Origin: the human T2T-CHM13v2.0 reference genome, Homo sapiens
Reading direction: 5' to 3' (one strand)
Length of the DNA: 64,000 bases
Assembly: GCF_009914755.1 (NCBI RefSeq)
Contig: NC_060934.1
Part shown: positions 41,120-53,580 of the stretch, in pieces
Numbering within the stretch: position 1 is the first letter of the stretch
How the letters are laid out: every line of letters starts with the position of its first letter
Program-made: the position numbers and the translations under genes
Notes under the pieces: generated by a model
What the model saw: the letters and a program-made list of their open reading frames with translations, nothing else
What the model was told of the DNA's origin: nothing
Database searches by the model: none

Positions 41120-44100
41120 CTAGAAGAAGTAATAAGTAAATTAAAGTGCATTCTTTGTGCAATGAGCTGCTTATAAGAAAAAAAACTAAAATCCAAGTTA
41201 ACTATTATTCACTTCTTGTTACGTATACATAGGAAAAAAAAAGCATTATTTCACCAATTCCCAACTAATTTCTGGCTGTCATGGTATTCAGAGTACACTT
41301 CTATTAGACAACGCCAAGCAGAAACAAGCATGCAAATCCAATGCCAATAAAAAAACTGCACACCAAATGCATCTGATGGTATAACATGAGTTTTAAAACC
41401 ATGGACCTTTATAAATTATCTCCTCTCAATTTAGGTAAATAACTGCTAACTGACAATATAAAAAAGATAAAGAAGCAAGAAAGCGTATTTTTCAAACCAT
41501 AATAATTACCACCCTGGGATAAATTTTCATTTTTACCAAAATGCAATCAATAGCAAGTTAAGTGGAACAACCACAGACCACATACATAAGTGTATGATCA
41601 AACAGCTTATAAATAACTCTAACCCACATCACCCTAAAGGCTTAAAAATGCTTCCATGTTTTATTTCATGAAAGACTTTCTCAGCTAAAAATGAAATATG
41701 ACCCTTTGTAAGTAAAATATACACATGAATTAGGGTACATGCAGAAAGGGGAAAAAGCCTATTTTTTAAAAAATTAGTAAGCCCAGAAATCTTGGGTGGC
41801 TTAATAAATTTTCTTAAAGTGAACACCACTCTCCCAAAAAGTCAACACTGCCCTGCCTTCAAATAGCACACATTAGTTTTGCCTGTTGGGCTAGGTATAA
41901 TTATTTAGGGATCTGTCTGGGAGTCTAAGAATCCCTGTATCTGGACAAAAATAAAATGCTTTAAGGAAAGGGGAGCAAGTAGTGGCTGACTGCAAAGTGG
42001 TATTATTTCAGAAAGATGTTAACATGTCTGAGGAAAAAGTTTTGGCTGATTAGTTGATTGTATGAGGTCAATCTGCCAGTTCTCCAGAGACCAAAGGACA
42101 GAGAAGCAGTTTATGATAGAAACAGAAGGGGAAGGGCCTTCCTGTTGTCCAGGAGGAATGGACTTCTGGGAATAAGATGGGAGAAGGCAGGAGCAGAGGG
42201 GAGAGAAGGGAGTGGGGAGGGACGGTGGCCTTCTTTCTATAGGTACAGAAATACCTATAAAGATAGTAAACAAGCTAGTCTGTGCTAGAAGCTAGATGAA
42301 ATTACTAATGCATGATCTCGCTTAATCTTCCAATTCCTATGAAGCCTGTTTTGCTATCCCCAGTTGACAGATACCAATACTGAGTCTCAAATCACCAATA
42401 TGGTGTCTGATGTAAACAGTTAGTGGGTGAAATAAAGCTATTCCTCTTTACAGCTTGAATGCAGGGCTAGATTTGCCATCAACAAAAAGAGAGAGATTCA
42501 TGAAAATGAAGCCTTATAATTAGATACAGAATATGCTGTTTTGTCCCTGCCCATAAATCATTTAAAGGAAAAGAATCAAGTTATTCAGGACCTGAGAAGT
42601 CTTCTGAATTACCAGAAAGTGAAATAGTTTTGTCACTTGTAAAGTAAGCCCACGTTATCTTTTTGTACATCAAAGAAGTTTCAAAAGAAACTAAATTTCA
42701 TAAGGGATAATTTTCTGACACGTTAACTGGTTTTATGGCACTGTGTGCTTTCCCACTGTAACGGGAGAACTCAGAAGAACAGTGTCCCTCAGAGATAGCC
42801 ACAGATGCAAAGGGCAAATTACCACCAGATAATTATTGAAGAACCCATGACAGTGTCATCTTCAAATGGCATGCCACACCTGCATGAATATTTAATTTCT
42901 ATCACAAGTACTTTCAAAAAGCAGGGGCCAAAATAGGAACATAGTTGAAAAAGGGCACTTTCCATTCTGGCATTTGACAGGAAGAAAATAAAATATCTAC
43001 CTTTTAAGGCAATATGTAATATATCAAAGACATGTAGCTAAAAAGATCTTCCTACATCCTCACTGGTGAACACAAAGTAGTATCTCAGTGACAATAAATG
43101 ATCATCAGACATCATGATATGCCTTTACACTTAACCCCACAAGAACCCTATGTGTGTGTGTTGGGTAAAGGGTGGAGGGTGAAGGGCTTAGAATCCCCAA
43201 CTTAACCAGATGAAGACATTAGGCTCATAACAGAGGTTATGTTGTAACTTGTCCAAGGTTGCAAATTTGTCCAAGGTCAAACTTTGAGGAAATGGGAAAG
43301 GGTTCCAAATTACGTGTCGGATACCTTTAGGCTATTGTGTTGACCATAACAGCTCTGCCTTAATGATGAACATACTTGAATTTGTTTTTCAATCAAAATC
43401 ATCTAGTGATTCATTCACTATTTTCCAGTTTCAAATTGCTTTTGCTATCTTCCCAAGTAAAGGATCTTGACACTCCTTCCTCCTGTGAGATGGAGTAAGT
43501 ATTCTGTCAGTGAGTGGCTTGAGAAGGTCTAGAGGGACTCTTTTTAGGATAGCTGCTAAAGCCTCTGAGAGCACCCTGGTGATCTTCCTTTTATGGGATC
43601 TAGCACATGGAATGCATAGTAAAAGCTGCAGGCTTGATTTTTCAGTGGACATATGCCATGAAGATACAATGCAAAAAGTTCTTTCTGGGACTCTATGAGT
43701 AAGCAAGTTAACAATGCATGCCATACACAGCAAATCATCTAAGGAAAAAAATTACCCAAATTATACTTAAAAGGCTGTGGCTCTAAACTTTCAATTTAGG
43801 ATGGAGCAAAGTACGGCATGAGTCTTTGTAGACATTAACCTAATGACATTCAGAATACTGGTGGTGGGGGGAGTGTGGTACAGAATAAGGTACTCTTCCC
43901 CTATTCAATAATTCTGGTATAGCAATACTCGAACTCCTATGTGTTTACTACTGGTGACTTCCTCTCAAGGAAAACACACTGGAGTAAGAGAAGGTTCAGA
44001 GGGTAAAAAGGAATGGGCATATGAACCAAGGTTGTGGAAAGAAAAGATTAAAGTTCACAAAATTCTGCAAGGCATTGGCAAGCTCCCACTTTACAAGTTT

Positions 44101-46261
44101 ACATTTATAGGGCCAACCCTTTTAAAACTTATTACTTCCTCTTAGATTGTGGGGGGCAGTGGTTTCATTCTGGGGCCAATCTGATTGATCAACAGGCAGT
44201 GGTTTCCTGAAGCAACACCGAAAGACAGTGCCCAAATCAACTGCCATTGTCTGCTATGGACACACGATGTGGAAATTGCAGCAGGCATGCTTCGTTTTTG
44301 GCAGCCCTGTCCCACACCCTATTATTAGAGTTCAGTAGTCAATTCTCAGGGGAAAGATGGTGTGTAATAAGAAATAAATAATATAGAGAGACCAGGAAGA
44401 GCACTCCATTAAAACTGCATTTTATTAGAGTAGTAAAAAGTACTGAAAACTTTCTCATTCTTACTTGTAAACAGCATGTTTTGCAAATTAGAGCCTGGCT
44501 TAAGAGAATACAAAATCTAAAGTAGAAAGTTTGTGTTTTCTTCCTTTATACAATGTTAGTGTTTTCTTCCTTTAATATCTAACTTTCAATAAACAGAGTT
44601 TAACTGAACCTTTTCTTCCTTTCTTCTGCTTGGAGGAGAACCTTTACTCTCTCTCACACAGGATCCTGCTGCTGTCAAAAAGCCCCAGGCATGGTCTCTA
44701 GCTTTGGTGACTGAAGGTTGCAAGTCTCTTGCTGCAGTCACCCTCAAAGCTTCTTCCTGCCAGCAGCTGGTATCACTGGTAGCTCTCTTCACAAGGGAGG
44801 ACTTTCCACTACACTTAAGGAAAGACTTAATCTTCCCTTCACTACACTATATTCTTACCTTTTCTAGATTAAAAGAGTAATGCAAAGGGTAAAGCCCTTC
44901 CTCAAATTTTGCCTCAATTTACAGCCAAGCATGATTGTCTTGGGCAAGTTACAGAGCTCCTCTCTCAAAACTGCTGGCTGAGATGTAAGAGAAAACAAAA
45001 AATAAAAAAGACCATCCATTAACTACCCTGGGAGTTCAGCAACTTCCAAACTGGCCTCTCAAACCGGTTTCCCTTTTCCTGTAAAACGCATTTGCATAGA
45101 GGAGTTTAGAATAACAGGTTCACCTAGAAGGAAAGAACAGACTTACACATTGCAATCTACTAAAAATGTGGGAGCTGAATCAGGGATTTAATGAGGCATA
45201 AAAATTCCCAAGAAATATACCACATGCCCTTAAGGAAGTAGTTACTAAAAAAAGATGATAAAGAGTGAAAGCAACTATGCTCCAGGCAATGGTGAGATAG
45301 GTTCATGGGAACAAAGCAAAACTGGTAAAAGACTGGAAACTAAACCAGTTTTAAGCATGACCTCAAAACAAACAACATCTCCTCTCACCTTCCCAGAAAG
45401 AGTGACCAAGTGCCTTTGCTTAATGCTGCAGAAAAGAAGAGGTACTTTATCCCTTCATTCGGCAAACATTTATTGAGCATGAAGGTGGGATTATATAGAG
45501 ATGAAAGAGCAGCTTCCCTGAAGGAGCTCAGTTTAGCAAGGAGAAAAAAACCACGTAAATCAGTATTTACATTTCTATGTGGTACCAGGGAGTCATAACA
45601 CCGAGCTAAAGCACAACATCAACCAACACAACCACTTCCATGGTAGGGGCCAGACACAATTCTAAATTTTTAGGTAACTCATTTGAATCTTTGAAACAAG
45701 TCTATGAGACGCAAACACTTTTCCTGGTTTACTGGTGGAATTAGTGTGTATGAGATATAAAAAAGGATCTTTTAAACACAAAGACTTTATTCAAATTAAA
45801 TCTTCAAATTATGCCTCCCTCCCCAAATACAAATCTCAATCCCTGTTTTAGCCTTTGCAGGTTGCCCAGCAGTATCTGAGGTTCCTAGAACTCTCACTGA
45901 GAAATTCACAAATTGAAGAAATAATTTCCTAACATCACAGGACTTGTTATCAAGGGCCACATCAGTAATGCCCTGCCTCCAGTAGAGCATTACTAAAACC
46001 AAACAAAATGAGAGCAGTTTTGTTTGTTTTTAAATCCTTACCCACAGATATACCAAAATAATCTTCTACATTATTTAATCCTAGCTTCTTCGCGGGCAAG
46101 AGCCACATTATCTCTGTGCTTAATGAGTTCTCAGTACATAAGACAGACATTGGTTAGCACCCAGTAAAATCATATTATATTTGTGTTACCAATTAAATCA
46201 AATCATTCTTCTCAGTTATTGTCAAGACCACCTTTACTTTCTATATTTATTCATTATTTTC

Positions 46262-47010
46262 TTTTTTAATTTTCTTTTTATTTGACAGATAATTGTATAT
46301 ATTTATGGAGTATAATGTGATGTATTTTGATATATGTTTACAATGTGGAAAGATTAAATCAGGCTAACACATCTATCACCTCACATACTTATTTTTTATA
46401 GTGAAAACATGTAAAACCTATTCTTATAGCAATTTTGAAATCTATGATGCATTATTTATTAATATTACAGTCATCATTCCTTACAGTAGATTTCTTGAAC
46501 TTATTCCTCCAATTTATCTCTCCATCCCCTTCTCCCCTTTAAACATCCCAGCCTCTGGTAACCACCATTCTACCCTCTACTTCTATGAGTTTGACTTTTC
46601 AAGAATCTACATATATGTGAGATCATGCAGTAACATAATGTCCTCCAGGTTCATCCATGTTGTTGCAAATGACAGAATTATCTCTATCCTGCCCCTACTT
46701 TTTAAAGGGTGAATAGTATTGCATAGTGTGTATATGCCATATTTTCTTTATCCATTCATCTGATAATGGACTCCTAGGTTGTTTCCATATCTGAGCTATT
46801 GTGAATAAGGACACAATAAACATGGGAGTGCACATATCTCTTCTACATTCAGATCAAATTTCTTTGGATACATTTTTAGAAGTGAGATTACTGAACTGTA
46901 TGCTAATTCTATTTTCGGTTTTCTGACAAATCTCCATACTGGTTTCCATGATGATTGTATTAATTTTCATTCCCACCAAAAGTGCACAGGGGTTCCCTTT
47001 TCTCCACACT
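46262..47010 (-). mobile_element. L1MA-type 3' fragment
   Basis: CCAGCCTCTGGTAACCACCATTCTAC; CAGGTTCATCCATGTTGTTGCAAATGACAG; TSD TCATTATTTTC on both sides. Confidence 0.85.
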
Positions 47011-47885
47011 AGTCATTATTTTCAAGACTAGACTACTACCCATCCTCAGAAGAGTTATTCATTGCTAGGTATTTGCTCCTGCAGTTCCCTGTAATGCCCT
47101 TCCTCTATCCTGCTCCCCACACTGTTAATCCATTCCCATCACCTGGCTTAGAAAGAACAATGGAAATATGATCCAGTAAAATCTGAATTAGGAATTAGGT
47201 AATTACCACCACACTATATTAGAACATAATACAATTTCCATTAAAACTGTCTTCACACAGTCTTATTCCACTACCAACATGTTTAACTAAAGTAGTACTA
47301 ACATGTTTAGTTTAACTAACTAAAACTGTTAATGCTTAAAAAAAAATAGTTCTCTACACTGTGTTTAATCTACTGTAGTCCAAGCAGCCTCTGTCTGGAA
47401 CAGTAATACTCTCTCCCTAATAGTCAGAAAGTCCCACAAGCATGGGTTATGTCATATCTCAAATATACAGTATATAATCCAGCAATTTAATAAATATTTT
47501 TAAAACTAAATGCCTTGCCTTTTGAACCTGGATTCTTTTTAGATATGGAGAATAAATATCTATTGAAAATTAAAGGAATTCATAGAACAATGAGACTTTC
47601 TTAATTTCCTTTTAAAATACTTTGAAGGAACATTATGGCTTCAAAAGAAAAGTCAACATGAATTGTCAAAACCAAGCTATCATAATAAACTTTCCAAGTC
47701 TCAAAACCTGTCTCTGTGTTTCTAAAAGAAGCAAAATTTAGCAAGCAAATAAGAATAAAATGGACTAATAAAAAACTTCGAGTTTACTCCAATATAGAAA
47801 CAGACTAAAATATAAAACCAAATTACAATGCAGATAACAGGAAATGTTTTTAACCAAGAATAAACTAATATATTCAAACCAGATT

Positions 47886-48372
47886 TGTAGTAGACATATT
47901 TCAGGGAATCTGTTCACCCACTCCCATTTCTGGGGGACTCTGCCATATTCTCAGGCCCAGTTGTCTTTCGATTGCCATCTTATATCACCTGACACAACTC
48001 CACAAGCACACAGCCATAGCTGATTGGACCCGAAAGAACACTTGACCCAAAGAGAGCCATTCAGAAGCTGGCCAGAAGCCTAGGGCTTGGGTTTGATTAC
48101 TTGCTAAAATGATGAACTCAGCCAATCAGTTTTGCTGCTGCAGGAACTAGAATCAAGAAACCCTAAAGGAACTTGCCAGTTAGATGTCATGGTGAAAGGT
48201 CAAGAGGAACACTTAAGCTCAGGACAATCATCATGGGCCAAGTCTGCCACAGAAAGCAAGTACTGGACTGAAGCCAGTTCCCAACCTGAGGTCTCAGGAG
48301 ATCTATATCTTGAACCCTTTTGTTGAGTGAGAGTGACCTGGTTTTTGCAACCAAAAGACAGAGCTTATGATA
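47886..48372 (+). mobile_element. Ancient MaLR LTR (MLT1M/N-like)
   Basis: TGTAGTAGACA start; GCTGATTGGAC...TGACCCAA...GCCAATCAG; TTGCAACCAAAAGA end. Confidence 0.55.
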
Positions 48373-48915
48373 GCAACCTAAGTTAAAATCTTATATCAAG
48401 ACCTACCACTGACATATTTAGTAAGGATAAAACCACCTTCTTTTAGATAATTAGAGGAAACAGCTTACATCACTTAGTAAGAAATCTGAAGTCAGGTTTT
48501 TTGTTTGTTTTGTTTTTAAAGGAGTTTTATTATTTTCAACTTGTCTCCTCTGGAATTCTGGTTCTTCACCTATAAGGTGAGGTCTGTTTATTAGACCCTC
48601 TCTCTAAGTTCTCTTGCATGGTTTATAATCTCAGTACAGGCACCCTGAGACAAAGGAAGCCTCTCTGTGGGCAGTGTTTGGACAGTGGTGGAAAACATTC
48701 TTCATTACCTTGGCTGTCACATGATGAATTCTCATTCTATTAAATTCATAATTAGAACTAACAAATTTTTCTATAAAAATTCTTAAGATGAGTCAGTTCA
48801 TAGGCTATCTCATTTTAGGCATAGGTACACAGAATATTAGAATTTTTCATACTGTTGATTGTTCTATTTTTCATTTAAAATATTTACTTATACTCAATGC
48901 CCTGCCTCTCCCTTA

Positions 48916-48956
48916 AAAACAAAACAGAACAAAACAAAACAAAACAAAACAAAAAC
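48916..48956. repeat. (AAAAC)n microsatellite
   Basis: Direct reading. Confidence 0.85.
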
Positions 48957-49760
48957 TAAGAAGCAGAGAGAGTGCTATCCATTTAGTCATTAGAGGAAAT
49001 ACTTAGATCAGAAATGATGCTACAACCTTAACCATACATTTTCAATACTGCACTTTGGGGAGCAGGGGGCATGATAACAAAATAAGATATTGGATATATA
49101 AATATTCTTATTATTCAGGCTTTAACATAAATTAAAAGAGCATTTATCTCAGAGTCTGAAACTGTGAGTATTCAATGAATAAAACTGCTCCAAAAGCATT
49201 TTTTTAAATATCAGAAAAACTGTCCAAGACTGAGAAATGGGAAAAAGAGATTCCTGGGTATGTTTCCAGAATATCCAAGTCAATAAGGCTATGCACTTTT
49301 GACTAACTTTCCATTTCACTGTCAGTAATTACAAATAATTCTTGTCCATAGCAATGTAAATAAATGTTGTCCGGTAGAGATATGATTGATATCTACCTGG
49401 AAGAAAAGATAACCCCAAACATTACATTTTATTGCTCTATGGATATTAACCAATTTTGTTACATATTGATACATTTATTTCAGCATTCCTGGGGGTGGTT
49501 TCAGTTTCTCAAATTTGCCTTTAATTCATCTCAGTTAATTCCCTCATTAACTGAACTGAATGAACCTTTGATATACGTTCATTTTATGTCTGCATGCAAT
49601 ATGCTTTTAACTTTTCAAAAATTACTCTTTAGCAGTAACAGTCCATTTTAAAAATTAGTCCATTACAACATCTAGAAAGGTATTTGTTGTTCACAATAAA
49701 TGGTAAATATATAACTCATCAGGCTATGAATAACTGGTCCATGTTATTTGGAAGCCAGGT

Positions 49761-50283
49761 TGATATAGTTTGGCTCTGTGTCCCTACCCAAATCTCATGT
49801 TGAATTGTACAATTTTGGACGTGGGGCCTGGTGGTAGGTGACTGGATCATGGGAGTAGTTTCTAATAGTTTAGCAACGTCCCCCTAGTGCAATCTCATGA
49901 CAGAGTTCTTACCAGATCTGCTTGTTAAAAAGTGTGTAGCATCTCCCCAACCATTCTCCTGTCAACCATGTAAAGATGTGCCTGCTACCCCTTCACCTTC
50001 CACCATGATTGTTAAATTTCCTTAGGCCTCCCCAGAAGCAGAAGCCTGTACAGCCTGCATAACTTTGAGCCAATTGAACCTCATTTCTGTATAAATTACT
50101 CAGTCTCAGGTAGTTCTTTATAGCAGTACAAGAACAGACTAATACAGAAAGTAGGGGATGGGTGCAGTGGCTCACACCTTGTAATCCCAGCATTTTGGGT
50201 AGCTGAGGCAGTCGGATCACCTGAGGTCAGGAGTCCGAGACCAGCCTGGCCAACACTGTAAAATCTTGTCTTTACTAAAAATA

Positions 50284-50317
<34 letters not shown>

Positions 50318-52160
50318 AGCCAGGCATGGTGGCGTGTGCCTATAATCTGAGCTACTTAGGAGGGTGAGGCAGGAGAGTCATTTGAACTCAGGAGGCATAG
50401 GTCGCAGTGAGCCAAGATCGTGCCACTGCACTCCAGTCTGGGCAACAGAGCAAGACTCTGTCTCAAAATAAAAAAGGGAAGGGAAGGGAGGGGAGGGGAG
50501 GGGGAGGGAGAGAGGAGGGGAGGGGAGGGAAGGGAAGCGAACTGTTATAAGAGAAGCAGGGCACTGCTATAAAGATACCCAAAAATGTGGAAGCAACTTT
50601 GAAACTGGGTAACAGGCAGAGGTTAGAACAGTTTGCAGGGCTCATAAGAAGACAGGAAAGACATGGTAGAAAAGAAAAACCCATTTTCTGAGGAGAAATT
50701 CAAGCCAGCTGCAGAAATTTGTGTAAGTAAAGAGGAGCTGAACGTTAATAGCCAACACAACAGGGAAAATGCCTCCAATGCACTTCAGAGACCTTTGTGG
50801 CAGTCTCTCCCATCACAGGCCAGGAGGTCTAGGAGGGAAAAATACTTTTGTGGGCCAGGCCTAGGACACCACTGCGCTGGGCAGCATCAGGTCATGGCTC
50901 CTTGCATCCCAGCCACTCCAGCTCTAGCCATGACTAAAAAGGTCCAGATAAGTCTCAGGCCACTGCTCCAGAGGGTGCAAGCCAGAAGCCAACAAGGCTT
51001 CCATGTGGTGTTAAACCTGCAGGTGCACAAAGGTCAAAAGTTGAGGCTTGAGGGCTTCCACCTAGATTTCAGACATTATATGGAAACATCTGGATGTCCA
51101 GACAGAAGTCTGCTGCAGGGGCAAAGCCCTCATGGAGAACCTCTACTAGGGTAGTGCAGAGGGGAAATGTAGGGTTGGAGCCCCCACACAGAGTCCCTAC
51201 TGGGGTACTGCCTAGTGGAGCTGCAAGAGGAGGGCTGCCTTCCTCCAGACCCCAGAATAGTAGATCCACCAACAGCTTGCATCATGCACCTGGAAAAGTT
51301 GCAGGCACTCTATGCCAGTCTATGAAAGCAGCCATGAGGGCTGAGCCCTGCAGAGCCACAAGAGTGGAGCTGCCCAAAGCTTGGAAGTCCATGCCTGGCA
51401 TCAGTGTGGCCTGGATGTGAGATACAGAGGCAAAGGAGATTATTTTGCAGCTTTAAGATTTAATGACTACCCTGCTGGGTTTCAGACTTGCATGGGGCCT
51501 ATAGGCCCTCTGTTTTGGCCAATTTCTTCCTTTTGGAATGGGGGCATATACCCAATGCCTGTACTCCCATTGTATGTTGGAATTAACTAACTTGTTTTTT
51601 ATTTTACAGGCTCATAGGTGAAAGGGACTTGCCTTGTCTCAGATGAGACTTTGGACCTGGACTTTTGGTTAATGCTGGAATTAGTTAGGACTTTGGGGGA
51701 TGGTTGGGAGGGCATGATTGTGTTTTGAAATGTGAGAAGGACATGAGATTCGGGAGGAGCCAGGGGCAGAATGATATGCTTTGGCTATGTGTCCCCACCC
51801 AAATCTCATGCTGAATTTTAATTCCCAGTGTTGGAGGTGGGGCCTGGTGGGAAGTGGTTGGATCATGGGTGTGGTTTCTAATGGTTTAGCACCATCTCCC
51901 TAGTGCTGTCTCATGATAGAGTTCTCACAAGATCTGCTTGCTAAAACATGTGTAGTACCTCCTCCCACTCTCTCTTTCCCTTCCCAGCCATGTGAAGATG
52001 TGCCTGATCCCTTTCCTTCTGCCACGATTGTAAGTTTCCTAAGGCCTCCCCAGAAGCAGAAGCCTGTACATCCAACAAAACTGTGAGCTGATTAAACCTC
52101 TTTTCTTTATAAATTAGTCTCCAGTAGTTCTTTACAGCAGTGTGAGGGCAGGCTAATACA
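49761..52160 (+). mobile_element. MST (MSTA-like) MaLR provirus: 5' LTR 49761-50146, internal region, 3' LTR 51772-52160
   Basis: Two direct TGATAT...CTAATACA repeats with CCCAGAAGCAGAAGCC; MaLR internal TGAGGAGAAATTCAAGCCAGCTGCAGAAATTTG; purine tract before 3' LTR; decayed TSD CAGGT/TAGAT. Confidence 0.9.
50156..50475 (+). mobile_element. AluSx-like with expanded middle A tract, inserted at start of MST internal region
   Basis: GGATCACCTGAGGTCAGGAG; followed by G-rich purine repeat 50476-50537. Confidence 0.92.
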
Positions 52161-53239
52161 TAGATCATGCAAATCAGACAGAGTGATACAGATGGTAATG
52201 AACAAATGGCAATGACATAACAATTTCACTTGTAAAGCAAGTTACATTCCCAGTCTGTTACGTACATCAGTGGGTAACAACTGATGGACAGCCTTGAATT
52301 CCAACTGCATAGATGTATGTCATGAATCTGCTTCTTAACAGATATAATATAAATAAAATCCAAGTAAATGCATGTAGAAGATGGTACATGTGTGTAAAAA
52401 CATAGCTAAAAACACAGTCAGATCCACACAATGAAGACAGCTGGAACACATAACCAAGAAAGTAAAGGGATCCCATCTACTAAGAAATAAAATATTTTTG
52501 TCCCCAATATAATGGCCTTATCCTTAGTTTTCTGAACTAAATAGCTATACCTCTAAATTAGCAAAGTAACACATGTATTTGTAAGCAAAAATTTCTAAAT
52601 CCTTAAAACCTTTCAACTCCCCAGAATAGGGGCTTAGGATTCTCTACCTATCTATCCCTTGATAAGACTTCTTTAAAGGACATATTGTAGACATTAACAA
52701 AAAAAATAGAGCCAAATGATTTCTCTTTACAGGGTCAGTGAGTAGGAGGTTAATTGTACCATCCATTTTTGTAAATGTTATAAGAAAACCTATCAACTGA
52801 AAATCAACAGAAGAGTTTTTTAATATAAGTAACCTGATGCATAAAAATACATTTACACAAAGGATTTACACAGCAGAAATCATAAAGATTCTTGCAAGTA
52901 AAAGTCTCCTACTGAGATTAAAAATAGGAATTTATTTTTGTATTTTACAAAAATGTCATTTAAACACAATTTTTCAAAGCTACAACAATCGATTCAATTA
53001 GGAAACCATTTCAAGCTTCACACAAATGTAAAATTGCCCCTGTTGTAACCACATAGTGTACTTAGATTTGGGGAATTAAAGATTTCATGTTACTCCCATA
53101 CAAGGTACAGGAACCACCTTGATCAGTAAGATCAGTCCCCTCTTTCTCCCATTCAGTTTCCAACCTTTCTTTTCAGGGGCCATCCACCCCCCAACCAGTT
53201 CCTAGATGCCAGTCACATTCCATTAAAAACCCTTCTTTG

Positions 53240-53580
<341 letters not shown>

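Noticed and set aside
50663-51590. Longest ORFs (163 aa, 108 aa) as a gene
   Set aside because: Lie wholly in the decayed MST internal region; no splice or domain support.
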